Program-made: the position numbers and the translations under genes
The notes under the pieces: model-generated
Seen by the model: only the letters and a program-made list of their open reading frames with translations
The model's database searches: none
Told to the model about the DNA's origin: nothing
From: Candidatus Velthaea sp.
Lineage (GTDB): Bacteria; Vulcanimicrobiota; Vulcanimicrobiia; Vulcanimicrobiales; Vulcanimicrobiaceae
DNA length: 64,000 bases
Direction of reading: 5' to 3'
Assembly (NCBI GenBank): GCA_965214935.1
Contig: CBDCCS010000018.1
Span: 256,001 to 320,000 of the forward strand
Shown here: positions 19,745 through 31,195 of the stretch, one piece after another
Layout: every line of letters begins with the position of its first letter
Numbering within the stretch: the stretch's first letter is position 1

Positions 19745-20842
19745 TCAATGTCGTAGCGCGATGACGCCGATGACCGCTTCGACGGCAACGAGAACCACGA
19801 TGATGATTTCCAACAGTTCGCTACGCGCATGCTGCGCTTGATCTTGGAACACGCGATAGATCTCCGAGACCGAGCGCAGCTTCGCGTCGATGAGTCGCTG
19901 CCAATCCGCCAGGCCGAGGCGCGAGGCGATCGAGCGGTAAAGCCGCGCATAGTACGCGTCGCCGATAATTTTCAGCGCGTTTGACGTACGGTCGGTTAAC
20001 TCGAGAATATCGACGAGCAAGTAACGCACCTGCGCAGCGCTGTGGGCCGCCGAGCGATTCATCGAACCGCGCCGGCGTCCGGGATCCGCGGCATAAATTG
20101 CATCGAGTTCGGCGTCGAGCCGCGAATCGTACGTCCGGAATTCGACAAGTTGCGAATTGGCAAACTCGAGAATGTCCTCCACGGCCTCGGCGCCTTCGGC
20201 ACGGTCGTAGACGAAGGCCGCATCCCATTGCACGACCACGAAGTCGTCGTCGTAATACGACGTTGAAAGCCGCAGCGCTTCGATCTGCTCGCCGCGCACG
20301 AGCGGGCGGTCCTCGAAGAGTAAGAGCTGAGCGAGTGGTGACGCGAATTCCGTCGACAGGCGCTGCGCCGCGACATGTTCGCTGAAGCGGTCGACTTCGA
20401 GGATGAAATAATCTTCAACGAGCGCCGGATGCGGTTTATCTAGTGCGGAGCTGATTTCGTTGAGCACGTCGTCCAGGGCCGCGCGCGCTTGCTGCTCGAG
20501 CCGCGGGTCGCTGCGCCAACGACGCGTCGACGAGCCGAATTCTTCCCATTCGCCGGCGAACGGAATACTGATCCGAACCGAAACGACGCCGAAATCGAAG
20601 ATCTTTGCGCGCAAGGTCGCCGTGTATTCTTCGAGGTCCGGCAAGCGGACGATAAGCGGGACGACCGGGTACTGGATGAAATCGGACGACGCTTCGCGTC
20701 GCAACTGCAGAGGCGCGCGTGAGACACCCTCGCCGCGAACCGTTCGCAGGCGCTCGAGATCGATCGTATCCGCGACGTCGTAAACGAAAAACGCGCGAAA
20801 GGCGGCTTTTGCCAAGGCGGGAAGCGTCGCCGTTCCGTGCAT
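19745..20842 (-). CDS. RMD1/DUF155-like protein with C-terminal TM
   Basis: IFDFGVVS, C-terminal RSELLEIIIVVLVAVE. Divergent from clpB. Confidence 0.6.
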   Translation of the reverse strand: MHGTATLPALAKAAFRAFFVYDVADTIDLERLRTVRGEGVSRAPLQLRREASSDFIQYPVVPLIVRLPDLEEYTATLRAKIFDFGVVSVRISIPFAGEWEEFGSSTRRWRSDPRLEQQARAALDDVLNEISSALDKPHPALVEDYFILEVDRFSEHVAAQRLSTEFASPLAQLLLFEDRPLVRGEQIEALRLSTSYYDDDFVVVQWDAAFVYDRAEGAEAVEDILEFANSQLVEFRTYDSRLDAELDAIYAADPGRRRGSMNRSAAHSAAQVRYLLVDILELTDRTSNALKIIGDAYYARLYRSIASRLGLADWQRLIDAKLRSVSEIYRVFQDQAQHARSELLEIIIVVLVAVEAVIGVIALRH

Positions 20843-20933
20843 CACGCCGCTGCTTCGACACGCGGGCGCCGTTTCGGCATAACGGGTTAAAACGCGCAAC
20901 CGCCCGATTAGCACTCTGGGTTATAGAGTGCGA

Positions 20934-23567
20934 ATGAACGTCGAACGTATGACTCAACGCGTTCAAGAAGCGCTGAACGCAGCCTATAGCCGGGCGCTGG
21001 CCGAACGGAACACGCAAACAGCGCCCGAGCATCTGCTTGCGGCGATACTCGAACAGCCGGACGGAGTTGCCGCGCCGATTCTGACCAAGGCCGGCCTCGA
21101 CGCGTCGGCTTTTAGCGCCAACGTCGAGGTGGCGATCGGGAAGCTTCCGCGTTTCTCCGGCTCGAATGCCGAGGCGCAGCAAGTCACCGTCGCGCCGGCG
21201 CTTACTCGATTGCTTACGAGCGCCGATGAAGAAGCCAAGAAGTTGAACGACGACTTCGTCTCGGTCGAACATCTGTTGCTGGCGATGACCGCTGATACGG
21301 CCGGTGCGGGGCGGTTGTTCAAAGATGCCGGTTTGTCGCGCGACAAGCTGTTAAGCGCGTTGCGCGACGTGCGCGGCAACCAGCGGGTGACGACGCAAAA
21401 TCCGGAAGGCACGTATCAAACTCTCGAGCGTTACGGCCGCGATCTCACCAAAGCGGCTGCGCAAGGGAAGCTCGACCCGGTCATCGGCCGCGACGATGAG
21501 ATCCGGCGCGTCGTTCAAGTGCTCTCGCGCCGGACAAAGAATAATCCGGTGCTCATCGGCGAACCGGGCGTCGGTAAAACGGCGATCGTCGAAGGTTTGG
21601 CGCAGCGCATCACGCGCGGCGACGTACCCGAAGGTTTGAAAGAAAAGAAGCTGATTTCGCTCGACATGGGCGCGCTGATCGCCGGCGCTAAATACCGTGG
21701 TGAGTTTGAGGAACGGCTCAAGGCCGTGCTCAAAGAAGTGCAAGCCGCGCAGGGCGCCGTGCTGTTATTCGTCGATGAATTACATACCGTCGTCGGTGCC
21801 GGTAAAACCGAAGGCTCAATGGATGCGGGCAACCTGCTCAAGCCGCTGCTTGCACGCGGCGAACTGCACATGATCGGTGCAACGACGCTCGACGAATACC
21901 GCAAGTACATCGAGAAGGATGCTGCGCTCGAGCGCCGCTTTCAACCGGTAACGGTCGATCAGCCGACGGTCGAGGACACCATCTCGATCCTGCGCGGGCT
22001 ACGCGAACGGTATGAAGTCCATCATGGCGTCCGCATCAAAGATTCAGCGCTCGTCGCCGCCGCGGTACTCTCGAATCGGTATATCGCCGACCGTTTTCTG
22101 CCCGACAAGGCGATTGATTTGGTCGACGAAGCCGGTGCCAAATTGCGAACCGAGATCGATTCGATGCCGACGGAACTTGATGAAGCCTCGCGCCGCATCA
22201 TGCAGTTGGAGATCGAGCGCGAAGCGTTGCGCCGTGAAAGTGACGACGCGTCGCGTCAGCGGCTCGAAAAACTGGAGGCGGACCTCGCGCTTCTTCACGA
22301 AGAATCCGACGGGTTAGCCGCGCGCTGGCAGAACGAAAAGAGCGCGGTCGACTCGTTGCGCAATCTGCGCGAACAGATCGAGTCGACGAAGATCGAGATC
22401 GATCGCGTCTCGCAGGCGGCCGACTATGCCACGGCCTCGCGCTTGAAGTACGGCCGCCTCAGCGATCTGGAACGCGAGCTGCGCGAACGTGAAGCGTCGC
22501 TCGGCCCGAACGATACGCGGTTGCTCAAGGAAGAGGTCGACGAAGAGGACATTGCCGAGATCGTCGCACGCTGGACGGGCATCCCGGTGAGTAAACTGCT
22601 GCAAGGCGAGATCGCAAAGCTGCTCCATCTCGCCGACGAACTGCACAAGCGGGTCATCGGTCAAGCCGAGGCGGTCGACGCCGTAGCCGAAGCAATCGTC
22701 CGCGCCCGTTCGGGACTCGGCGACCCGAATCGCCCGTTAGGCTCGTTTCTGTTCCTCGGACCGACCGGCGTCGGCAAAACCGAACTGGCACGCGCGCTGG
22801 CGGTGTACTTATTCGATGATGAGCGCGCGCTCATCCGCATCGATATGTCCGAGTATCAAGAGAAGCACACCGTCGCGCGCTTGTTGGGTGCACCGCCCGG
22901 CTACGTCGGCTACGATGAGGGCGGTCAGCTCACGGAGCCCGTGCGCCGCCGGCCGTTTTCGGTCATTTTGTTCGATGAAGTTGAAAAGGCGCACCCCGAT
23001 GTGTTCAACGTGTTCTTACAAATTCTCGACGATGGACGCTTAACCGACGGGCAAGGCCGGACGGTCGACTTCCGCAATACGATCGTCATCATGACGTCCA
23101 ACATCGGCAGTCACTTGATCCTCGACTATCGCGGCGATGAACGAAGTGCCGGATTTGCCCGCATGCGGACGACGGTACTCGAAGAATTGCGGACGCACTT
23201 CCGGCCCGAATTTTTGAACCGGATCGACGAAACGGTTGTTTTCCACGCACTTTCCGAAGAGCAGCTCAAAGTCATCATCGAGATTCAGCTCGACCGGGTC
23301 CGTGCGCGTCTGATCGACCGGCGCATCGGCTTAGAAATCAGCGACGAGGCCAAAACGCATCTCGTCCGGTCCGGTTACGAAGCCTCGTACGGTGCACGGC
23401 CGCTCAAGCGCGCGATCGCGCGCGAAGTCGAAACGCCGCTTGGACGGCGAATCCTGGCCGGCGACATTCGTGACGGCGACTTAGTGCGCATCGGCGTCGG
23501 CGAAGGCGGCGACCAATTGACCTTCAACGTCGTGGCGCCCTTACCGCCGTTTCCGGTGCTCACGTAA
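20934..23567 (+). CDS. clpB: ATP-dependent chaperone ClpB
   Basis: Two AAA modules ([16 protein letters not shown]), long middle coiled coil, GAPPGYVGY. No ClpP-binding IGF loop seen. Confidence 0.97.
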   Translation: MNVERMTQRVQEALNAAYSRALAERNTQTAPEHLLAAILEQPDGVAAPILTKAGLDASAFSANVEVAIGKLPRFSGSNAEAQQVTVAPALTRLLTSADEEAKKLNDDFVSVEHLLLAMTADTAGAGRLFKDAGLSRDKLLSALRDVRGNQRVTTQNPEGTYQTLERYGRDLTKAAAQGKLDPVIGRDDEIRRVVQVLSRRTKNNPVLIGEPGVGKTAIVEGLAQRITRGDVPEGLKEKKLISLDMGALIAGAKYRGEFEERLKAVLKEVQAAQGAVLLFVDELHTVVGAGKTEGSMDAGNLLKPLLARGELHMIGATTLDEYRKYIEKDAALERRFQPVTVDQPTVEDTISILRGLRERYEVHHGVRIKDSALVAAAVLSNRYIADRFLPDKAIDLVDEAGAKLRTEIDSMPTELDEASRRIMQLEIEREALRRESDDASRQRLEKLEADLALLHEESDGLAARWQNEKSAVDSLRNLREQIESTKIEIDRVSQAADYATASRLKYGRLSDLERELREREASLGPNDTRLLKEEVDEEDIAEIVARWTGIPVSKLLQGEIAKLLHLADELHKRVIGQAEAVDAVAEAIVRARSGLGDPNRPLGSFLFLGPTGVGKTELARALAVYLFDDERALIRIDMSEYQEKHTVARLLGAPPGYVGYDEGGQLTEPVRRRPFSVILFDEVEKAHPDVFNVFLQILDDGRLTDGQGRTVDFRNTIVIMTSNIGSHLILDYRGDERSAGFARMRTTVLEELRTHFRPEFLNRIDETVVFHALSEEQLKVIIEIQLDRVRARLIDRRIGLEISDEAKTHLVRSGYEASYGARPLKRAIAREVETPLGRRILAGDIRDGDLVRIGVGEGGDQLTFNVVAPLPPFPVLT

Positions 23568-23593
23568 AATTGATCGGGCGTCGGCGACGGTAA

Positions 23594-23619
23594 GGAACGC
23601 GGCGACCGCGGGAACCGTT
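23594..23619 (+). promoter_or_regulatory. Putative ECF-type promoter GGAAC-N17-CGTT
   Basis: Motif with exact spacing, ending about 35 nt upstream of the HiPIP start. Confidence 0.35.
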
Positions 23620-23654
23620 AGCGCCTTGGATCTATCAGACATCCGGAGGCTTCA

Positions 23655-23933
23655 TTGAGCGATAAAGTATCTCGTAAATCCGTTCTCATCAATCTGTTGA
23701 CGTTGCCGCTGGCTGCCACGGCTGCCGCTGCTACGGTCGGCCAGGCTTCAGCGGACAGCAAATCTCCGCAAAAGGCCGTGTCATATCAAGATCAACCCAA
23801 GGGTGCGCAAAAGTGCGCGGGTTGCAAGTTCTTCATTCCAAACAAAGATCCCAAAGCCAAGGGTGGCTGCCAAGTCGTTGCGGGAGCAATCAGCCCCAAC
23901 GGCTGGTGTGTCGTTTACTCGGCGAAGAGCTAA
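23655..23933 (+). CDS. High-potential iron-sulfur protein (HiPIP) with Tat-like signal
   Basis: SRKSVL...ASA signal, YQDQPKG, CAGC..F, GGCQVVAGAISPNGWC (four Cys). SD GGAGG before the TTG start. Confidence 0.9.
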   Translation: MSDKVSRKSVLINLLTLPLAATAAAATVGQASADSKSPQKAVSYQDQPKGAQKCAGCKFFIPNKDPKAKGGCQVVAGAISPNGWCVVYSAKS

Positions 23934-23953
23934 GGCTCGTCCGTAGTAAATCG

Positions 23954-23985
23954 GAAAAGCGCCGGCGGTAACGTCGGCGCTTTTC
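23954..23985 (+). terminator. Intrinsic (bidirectional-type) terminator
   Basis: gaaaagcgccggcg-gtaa-cgtcggcgcttttc. Confidence 0.75.
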
Positions 23986-24001
23986 GTTAATAAGCGCTTC
24001 G

Positions 24002-24931
24002 ATGAACGTTCGCGAGCCCATCGAAACAATTGTCGTCGAAGCCGGCGGTTTGCGTTTCGAGGTTGAGACGTGCGGTCGCGGAGACCGGCTTGCGTTGTGC
24101 TTGCATGGGTTTCCCGAGGCTGCAATTTCTTGGCGCGCGCAGTTGCCGGTACTGGCCGCGCTCGGTTACCGTGCGTGGGCTCCGAATCTTCGCGGCTACG
24201 GCCGCACGACGCGGCCGCCGTCAGTCCAAGCGTATCGCACTGCTTTGCTCGTCGGCGATGTTGCGGCACTAATCGATGCCGCAGCGGCACGGTCCGTAAC
24301 GCTCATCGGCCATGACTGGGGCGCGGCACTTGCGTGGCTTGTCGCCATCGATCGCGTGCGACGACTCGAGCGGCTCGTGATCATGAACGTGCCGCACCCG
24401 GCGCTCTTTGCGCGCGAGTTGCGCAAATTACCCCAGGCGCTGCGCTCGTGGTACATTGCGTTCTTTCAACTGCCCGGCTTGCCGGAGGCGGTTCTCGGTT
24501 GGAACGATGCTGCCGCTGTCGGCTATGCGTTCCGCGCGCTGGCGACGCATCCCGGCCGCTTTCCGGCGGCGGTCATCGATGTTTACCGCGCGAATGCCGC
24601 AGAGCCCGGCGCGTTAACGGCCATGATCAATTGGTATCGTGCTCTTGCTCGAGACAGCCGGCGCTTTGCAGCGCGTGCATATCCGGTCGTCGAGGTTCCG
24701 ACGCTCATGATTTGGGGCGAAGCCGATATCGCTTTGAGCAAATCGACGACGTTTGGAACGCACGACTACGTGCGCGACCTGACGTTGCGTTATCTGCCGG
24801 GGATTTCGCACTGGGTTCAGCAAGATGCGCCCGAGATGGTCAATGCGATGATCGTAGCGTTTCTAAGTAACGCGCGCGTTCCTGAAGCGCGCGAGATTTC
24901 TCCCACGGGCCGGGTAACCGTAACCCGATGA
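24002..24931 (+). CDS. Alpha/beta hydrolase (epoxide hydrolase-like)
   Basis: LHGFPE, GHDWGA nucleophile elbow, WGEAD, SHWVQQD. Confidence 0.9.
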   Translation: MNVREPIETIVVEAGGLRFEVETCGRGDRLALCLHGFPEAAISWRAQLPVLAALGYRAWAPNLRGYGRTTRPPSVQAYRTALLVGDVAALIDAAAARSVTLIGHDWGAALAWLVAIDRVRRLERLVIMNVPHPALFARELRKLPQALRSWYIAFFQLPGLPEAVLGWNDAAAVGYAFRALATHPGRFPAAVIDVYRANAAEPGALTAMINWYRALARDSRRFAARAYPVVEVPTLMIWGEADIALSKSTTFGTHDYVRDLTLRYLPGISHWVQQDAPEMVNAMIVAFLSNARVPEAREISPTGRVTVTR

Positions 24932-26829
24932 GATACAAAGCGCTGCTCGCGCGTATTGGTAGTGTCGTTCTCCTTTCGGCCGCTCTCGGCAGGGGTGGCG
25001 ACGCGCAAACGCAGTCGACGCCGATGACGGTCGCGGTCGATGCGCGCGAAGCGACTCGCGGTATTCTGCACGTGCATGAAACGCTACCGGTAACCGCCGG
25101 TCCGCTCAAGCTCGTTTATCCCAAATGGATCCCGGGCGAGCACGCGCCGAACGGGCCGCTCGCGAATCTTGCCGGCCTGACGATTAGCGCGAACGGCACG
25201 GCGCTAGACTGGCGTCGCGATCCGGTAGAACTCTACGCGTTTCGGGTCGATGTGCCCGCGGGCGTTACGCTGCTCGACGTGCAGTTCGATTTTTTGGGTG
25301 CCGCGGCGGGTCAATATAGTTCCGCCCGCTTAGCGTCGCCGACGACGCTCGTGCTGACGTGGAATAAAGTCATTCTCGCTCCCGACGTCGCCGATTACGG
25401 CACGCTGCAAATCGAGCCGTCATTACAGCTTCCGGATACGAACTGGCAATTCGCCAGCGCGCTCGACGTGGCGTCGCAGCAAGGCGCGCAAATCCGCTTC
25501 AAGCCTCTGAGCGAAGAGATGCTCGTCGATTCGCCGCTGGATGCCGGACTCAATGTCAAGCGAATTCCGCTGGGATCGCTCGATGCCGCGCCGGTCGAAC
25601 TCGACGTGTTCGCGGACACGCCGGCGCAACTCGATGCAAGCCCGGCGACCGTCGCGAAATTCCGCAATCTCGTTCAGGAGATGCAAGCGCTCTATCACGC
25701 TCGGCATTTCAATCACTACGCGTTCTTGCTGACCGTATCGGACGTACTTCCCGGTGAGGGTGTCGAACATCACCAATCGAGCGATGACGGCACGGACGGC
25801 GATTTCCTCACCGATGCGAGCGCGTTAGCGAACGACGGCGATCTGCTGCCGCACGAATTCAATCATTCGTGGGACGGAAAATACCGGCGGCCGGCGGATC
25901 TCGCTACACGCAATCTGCAAGTGCCGATGCAAGACAGTCTCTTGTGGGTCTACGAAGGTATGACCCAGTTCTATGGTGAGCTGCAAGCCGAACGTAGCGG
26001 TCTATGGAGCAAAGAGCAGTGGCTTGATTCACTCGCGGCAACCTATGCGGAGCTCGATACGACGACCGGCCGGCTGACGCGCCCATTGCTCGATACGGCG
26101 GTATCCGGGCCATTTTTATATGCCGCCGGCCGGTCGTGGGAAGCAACGCGGCGCAGCGTGGATTTCTATCCCGAAGGGAACTTGATGTGGCTCGAAGCGG
26201 ACGTGATCATCGGTCGTTTATCGAGCGGCCGCCGGTCGATGGACGATGTTGCGCGCCGCTTTTTCGGCCGCAGCGATAGCGGTCCGCAAGTCGTTCCATA
26301 CACACGCGACGATCTTATCGCGGCGCTCAGCGCCGTGCAGCCGTATGATTGGCGGGCGTTTTTGGCTCAACGCATCGACGCCATCGCCCCGCATCCGCCC
26401 GATCCATTCACGCTCGCCGGCTGGCGCGTCGTCTACACGCCGGTGCCCAGCGCGTTCTACAAATTACGCGAAGGCCACGCGAAAAGTCTCGATGCACGCT
26501 TTTCGCTGGGTCTCGTCGCAAAAACGGACGGATCGATCGTCGACGTAATCGGCGGCTCGCCGGCGGCACGCGCCGGCATCGGACCAGGCGCCAAGATCGT
26601 TGCGGTCAACGGTCGGGCGCTCGAAGGCGGCGACACGCAAACCGCGCTCGACGATGCACTGCGCGACGCACAGCGCAGCGGCACGGTGACGTTGTTAACG
26701 CTCGGCGGAAATGTGTATCGTACCGTTGCGCTCGCATATAGCGGCGGACCTCGCTATCCGCATCTCGAACGAATCGGCGCCAGCCGCGATCTGCTCGGTG
26801 CGATCGCTGCCGCGCGACGGCCGCATTGA
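24928..26829 (+). CDS. Secreted M61 glycyl aminopeptidase with PDZ domain
   Basis: YPKWIPGEH, HEFNHSW, LWVYEGMT, GSPAARAGIGPG (PDZ), YPHLERI. Confidence 0.9.
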   Translation: MRYKALLARIGSVVLLSAALGRGGDAQTQSTPMTVAVDAREATRGILHVHETLPVTAGPLKLVYPKWIPGEHAPNGPLANLAGLTISANGTALDWRRDPVELYAFRVDVPAGVTLLDVQFDFLGAAAGQYSSARLASPTTLVLTWNKVILAPDVADYGTLQIEPSLQLPDTNWQFASALDVASQQGAQIRFKPLSEEMLVDSPLDAGLNVKRIPLGSLDAAPVELDVFADTPAQLDASPATVAKFRNLVQEMQALYHARHFNHYAFLLTVSDVLPGEGVEHHQSSDDGTDGDFLTDASALANDGDLLPHEFNHSWDGKYRRPADLATRNLQVPMQDSLLWVYEGMTQFYGELQAERSGLWSKEQWLDSLAATYAELDTTTGRLTRPLLDTAVSGPFLYAAGRSWEATRRSVDFYPEGNLMWLEADVIIGRLSSGRRSMDDVARRFFGRSDSGPQVVPYTRDDLIAALSAVQPYDWRAFLAQRIDAIAPHPPDPFTLAGWRVVYTPVPSAFYKLREGHAKSLDARFSLGLVAKTDGSIVDVIGGSPAARAGIGPGAKIVAVNGRALEGGDTQTALDDALRDAQRSGTVTLLTLGGNVYRTVALAYSGGPRYPHLERIGASRDLLGAIAAARRPH

Positions 26830-26922
26830 TGCAACCGATCACGCAAGAAGATACGCGCTAACGGCAAATGCCGTTCAAAGGTGGTCCTGCGACCATGTGC
26901 ACGCTGATCGACCGGAGCGAAC

Positions 26923-28185
26923 GTGACGTTTAATATTTCTTCGAGTGCGCCGATAAGCCGCCACGCGATGGCATACGTTTTAGCGGGCGGTCGCGGGACG
27001 CGGCTGCTCGAGCTTACCGATAAGCGCGCGAAGCCCGCAGTGTATTTCGGCGGCAAATCCCGCATCATTGATTTCGCCTTGTCGAATGCGCTTAATTCCG
27101 GTATCCGCCGCATTGCCGTAGCCACGCAATACAAAGCGCACAGTTTGATCCGGCATCTGCAACGCGGTTGGAATTTCTTACGTCCCGAACGTAACGAAAG
27201 TTTTGATATACTTCCGGCCAGTCAACGCGTTAGCGAAACACAATGGTATGCCGGTACCGCCGATGCCGTCTATCAAAATATCGACATTATCAACAGTTAT
27301 GCACCGGAATTTATCGTGCTGCTGGCCGGCGATCACATTTATAAGATGGACTACGAGCAGATGCTCAAGCAGCATGTCGAGCAGCAGGCCGATGTCACGA
27401 TTGCATGTGTTGAAGTCCCGCGGCTGGACGCGAGCGCATTCGGCGTGGTTCACGTGGATGAGAACGACCGCGTCATTTCATTTCTCGAAAAACCGAAAGA
27501 CCCGCCGGGCATGCCCGACAAACCGGACATGGCCTTTGCCAGCATGGGCATCTATGTGTTTCGCACGAAATTTCTGTTCGAAGAGCTCAAGCGAGATGCG
27601 GCAGAAGAAGCGTCGGCGCACGATTTCGGCAAGGATATCATTCCGTTCATCGTGCGCAACGGCCGGGCCGTTGCGCATCGGTTCGAACGGTCGTGCGTGC
27701 GGTCGACTCCGCAAGCCGAAGCGTACTGGCGAGACGCCGGAACGGTCGATGCTTACTGGGAAGCGAATATCGACCTCACGGATTTCGTGCCGGCGCTCGA
27801 CTTATACGATACGAATTGGCCGATCTGGACGTACGGCGAAATAACGCCGCCCGCAAAGTTCATTCACGACGAGGAAAACCGCCGCGGCACGGCCATCAGC
27901 TCACTTGTCTCCGGCGGTTGCGTTTTATCAGGTTCGATGGTACGCCGTTCGCTGCTGTCGACCGGCGTGAAGGTCCGTTCGTTCGGCGAACTTACCGGCG
28001 CGGTCGTGCTACCGTATGCGGAAATCGATCGCTCCGTCCGGCTGACGAATGTGGTCATCGACCGCGGCGTTCAGATTCCGGCAGGTCTCGTCGTTGGCGA
28101 AGATCCGGAGTTCGACGCGGCGCGATTCACTCGAACGTCCAACGGCATCTGCTTGATCACGCAACCGATGATCGATCAGCTCTAA
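26923..28185 (+). CDS. glgC: Glucose-1-phosphate adenylyltransferase
   Basis: [53 protein letters not shown]. Confidence 0.98.
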   Translation: MTFNISSSAPISRHAMAYVLAGGRGTRLLELTDKRAKPAVYFGGKSRIIDFALSNALNSGIRRIAVATQYKAHSLIRHLQRGWNFLRPERNESFDILPASQRVSETQWYAGTADAVYQNIDIINSYAPEFIVLLAGDHIYKMDYEQMLKQHVEQQADVTIACVEVPRLDASAFGVVHVDENDRVISFLEKPKDPPGMPDKPDMAFASMGIYVFRTKFLFEELKRDAAEEASAHDFGKDIIPFIVRNGRAVAHRFERSCVRSTPQAEAYWRDAGTVDAYWEANIDLTDFVPALDLYDTNWPIWTYGEITPPAKFIHDEENRRGTAISSLVSGGCVLSGSMVRRSLLSTGVKVRSFGELTGAVVLPYAEIDRSVRLTNVVIDRGVQIPAGLVVGEDPEFDAARFTRTSNGICLITQPMIDQL

Positions 28186-28207
28186 GCGGTTGCCCGCGGT
28201 GCAACGC

Positions 28208-29665
28208 ATGCGCGTTCTGTCGGTGGCATCCGAGGTGTATCCGATCGTTAAAACGGGCGGACTCGCCGACGTCGTAGGCGCTCTCCCGGCTGCGCTTGCC
28301 CGCGAAGGCGTCGAAGTACAAACGCTCGTACCCGGCTATCCGGCGGTGATCGACGCACTCGAGAGCGCGACGACAATTTTGCCGCTGGACGATGTTTTCG
28401 GTGAGCGCGGTCGCGTCTTAGCGGGCAGAGGCGGCGGCCTCGATTTGTTGGTGCTCGATGCGCCGCACCTTTACGACCGGCCCGGCGGCCCCTATCTCGG
28501 GCTCGATGGTCGCGATTGGCCCGACAACGCGTTCCGCTTTGCGGCGCTTTCACGCGTGGCCGCGCAAATTGCGCTCGGAGCCGTTGCCTTCGTCCCCGAT
28601 ATCGTCCACGCGCATGATTGGCAAGCCGGACTCAGCGCTGCATATCTGCGCTTTGCGCCGGACCGTGGCCCCGGCTCGGTGATGACGGTTCACAATCTTG
28701 CATTTCAAGGACTTTTTTCGCCGACGTTGCTCGGTCCGCTCGGTTTGCCGCCGCAGGCGTACGCCGTCGATGGAATCGAGTACTACGGCAATCTCAGTTT
28801 CCTCAAAGCCGGACTGCAATTCGCAGACCGTATTACAACCGTCTCACCAACCTATGCAGTTGAGATTGCGACGCCCCGGGACGGCATGGGCTTCGACGGC
28901 TTACTGCGCACGCGTGCCGACCGGTTCTCGGGCATCCTCAACGGCATCGATGACGCGGTCTGGGATCCTGCACGCGACCGGTTCATCGCTGCCACCTACG
29001 ATCTTTCTACGATTGCGAAACGGACTGCGAACACGGCAGCGCTGCGCAAACGCTTTGCACTCACCGATGACCCGCAAGCGCTGCTCGTTGGGATCATCAG
29101 CCGTCTGTCGGCCCAAAAGGGACTCGATCTCCTACTGCAAGCGTTGCCGCGGCTTATCTCGCGCGGCGTTCAGTTCGTCGTGCTCGGTGCGGGTGACACC
29201 GAACTCGAAGCGGCGTTCGTTGCAGCGGTCGCGACCTACCCCGGTCGCATTGGTGCTTATATCGGCTACGACGAAACGGCGGCGCATCTGCTCCAAGCCG
29301 GTTCGGACGTCATCTTAGTACCGTCCAGATTCGAGCCATGCGGGCTAACGCAATTGTGCGCGCTCCGGTACGGTGCCGTTCCGGTCGTTGCACGCGTCGG
29401 GGGTCTGGCCGATACCGTCATCGATGCAAACGAAATGGCTTTAGCAGCGCAAGTCGCAACCGGGATACAATTCACATCGGCATCCGTTGAAGCACTCGAA
29501 GACGCGGTGCTTCGCGCAGCTAAACTGTTCGCTGCCCCCGATACCTGGCATGTATTGCAACGTAACGCCATGAGTACCGACGTTTCTTGGAGCCGCTCGG
29601 GCCGAGCCTATGCTCGGCTCTATCGCGAAATTCTCGACGCGCAACGAACGGCGAGCATTCGTTAA
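28208..29665 (+). CDS. glgA: Glycogen synthase
   Basis: KTGGLADV, HAHDWQAG, HNLAFQG, PSRFEPCGLTQL. Confidence 0.97.
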   Translation: MRVLSVASEVYPIVKTGGLADVVGALPAALAREGVEVQTLVPGYPAVIDALESATTILPLDDVFGERGRVLAGRGGGLDLLVLDAPHLYDRPGGPYLGLDGRDWPDNAFRFAALSRVAAQIALGAVAFVPDIVHAHDWQAGLSAAYLRFAPDRGPGSVMTVHNLAFQGLFSPTLLGPLGLPPQAYAVDGIEYYGNLSFLKAGLQFADRITTVSPTYAVEIATPRDGMGFDGLLRTRADRFSGILNGIDDAVWDPARDRFIAATYDLSTIAKRTANTAALRKRFALTDDPQALLVGIISRLSAQKGLDLLLQALPRLISRGVQFVVLGAGDTELEAAFVAAVATYPGRIGAYIGYDETAAHLLQAGSDVILVPSRFEPCGLTQLCALRYGAVPVVARVGGLADTVIDANEMALAAQVATGIQFTSASVEALEDAVLRAAKLFAAPDTWHVLQRNAMSTDVSWSRSGRAYARLYREILDAQRTASIR

Positions 29666-30004
29666 ATTGCGCTAAGCGGAGCGAACGCTAAGCTCCGGAC
29701 GGCTTCATAGCGATCGAGCGGAGCTGATGTTGTTCGCTCGAACACTGTAGCGCTTCGTGCGCTGCTGATGCATACATCGCCGCCGGCCTGCCAACGTTCA
29801 CGCGCGGCGTGCCGAATGCCTAAAACGCTTAACGGCGTTGCAGCACGTTTGAACAGCTCTACCTCAATGGCTGCAAGATATCGTGTTTTATGATGATATA
29901 TGAAAGATACTTTAATTACAAATTAGCTGAGATAACGTAGCTCGTTGCGCTACGTACGACAATGTTCGTAGCGCGCATTCCATCGATACGATATGATACC
30001 GGCA

Positions 30005-30472
30005 ATGAACCATATAAATGTCTCGATAAGCGTCAACCAACCGGTTGCGGAGACGCATGTGCGCTTAGCAGATTTTTTACGCGAATTTGCGCCGCAGGCG
30101 GAGATGTCGATACTGTTGCGTGCGCCGTTCGATATTTCGGCGCTGCATGTAGGCGTAACGCTCGAACGCAGCGTGGTCGCACGCTTCGCGCCGCTCGGTC
30201 AAGACAACGAAGCCTATGCCGTCGCTTGGCAACCGTCCGTCGGCGGACCGTTTCCGGCGTTCGCCGGCACGATCTATGTAACGGCGGACGAGTCGCGTAA
30301 CGAATCGATCGTCACGCTCGACGGTCATTATCATCCGCCGCTCGGCGTCGCGGGGGACGTTTTCGATTTCATCGTCGGTCGGCACATTGCGCAAGCAAGT
30401 GTTGCGGACTTACTGGAACGCATTACGCTTTATATCGGCAACGTTCCGGCACCGATTGCCGCATTCGTTTAG
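30005..30472 (+). CDS. Hypothetical protein (possible SRPBCC-like fold)
   Basis: W.P..GGPFP.F.G...LDGHYHPPLG pattern. TATGAT lies 7 nt before ATG 30005 (the track start is 29993). Confidence 0.65.
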   Translation: MNHINVSISVNQPVAETHVRLADFLREFAPQAEMSILLRAPFDISALHVGVTLERSVVARFAPLGQDNEAYAVAWQPSVGGPFPAFAGTIYVTADESRNESIVTLDGHYHPPLGVAGDVFDFIVGRHIAQASVADLLERITLYIGNVPAPIAAFV

Positions 30473-30707
30473 AAACATCGGCCGGCAAGGCGTAACGGTC
30501 GGCACCTAGCGGAGTCGGCGACCGAACTCTATTTCGGCGCTGCGTTACCGATTGTAAGATTTTACGCAACTACGCGTGCTAATTTCTTTGTGTTGTTGCT
30601 AGTGTAATTGTCGACGTCGCAGAATACCCGCCTCGTTGTAATGAGTCAGATTTGTCAAGCGCAGCAGGTTAGATCGAATACTTCGCACGCGTGCTTAATT
30701 TTTCAAC

Positions 30708-31195
30708 TTGACTGCTTATTCGTGCACCAGGCCAAGGTGGCGGAACGAAACATTGGGCTTTGCTGATTCGCTGGCCGAACGCGAAGCGAATCGTTTAGTA
30801 GAGCTTCATCGGCTCGCCATCCTCGATAGCGGAAGCGAACGCGAGTTCGATGTTATTGCCCTGGCGGCCGCTGCGCTTTTCGATGCGCCGATCGTTTTGA
30901 TTTCGTTGATCGACAAGCACCGTCAATGGTTCAAGGCGGCCATCGGCTTGGAGCTGCGCGAAACCACTCGCGACGTCGCTTTTTGCGCGCATGCCATTGA
31001 GGCGCCGCAGCGCGTCATGGTCGTTCCGGATGCCGCACTCGATGTGCGCTTTGCCGCGAATCCACTGGTGACGGGTGAACGCGCATTTGAGCGTATGCCG
31101 GCGCCCCGCTCGTAACGAAGCGCGGCTTTGCCCTTGGTACGCTTTGCGTTATCGATCGCCGGCCGCGCGAATTCAGCGCCGATCAGAGCGTTGGT
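30708..31195 (+). pseudogene. Disrupted N-terminal GAF domain of the downstream GGDEF-EAL gene
   Basis: GAF (RQWFKA, FCAHAI, DVRFAANPLVTG) shifts frame near 31080. The other frame reads I*AYAGAPLVTKRGFALGTLCVIDRRPR and is continuous with the 31196 ORF. Confidence 0.85.

Noticed and set aside
29666..29880. Open minus-strand frame after glgA
   Set aside because: No convincing start, RBS or protein-like motif.
31088..31090. TGA recoding (selenocysteine or read-through)
   Set aside because: The expected residue is Arg (CGA to TGA), and a frameshift sits right beside it, which points to mutation.
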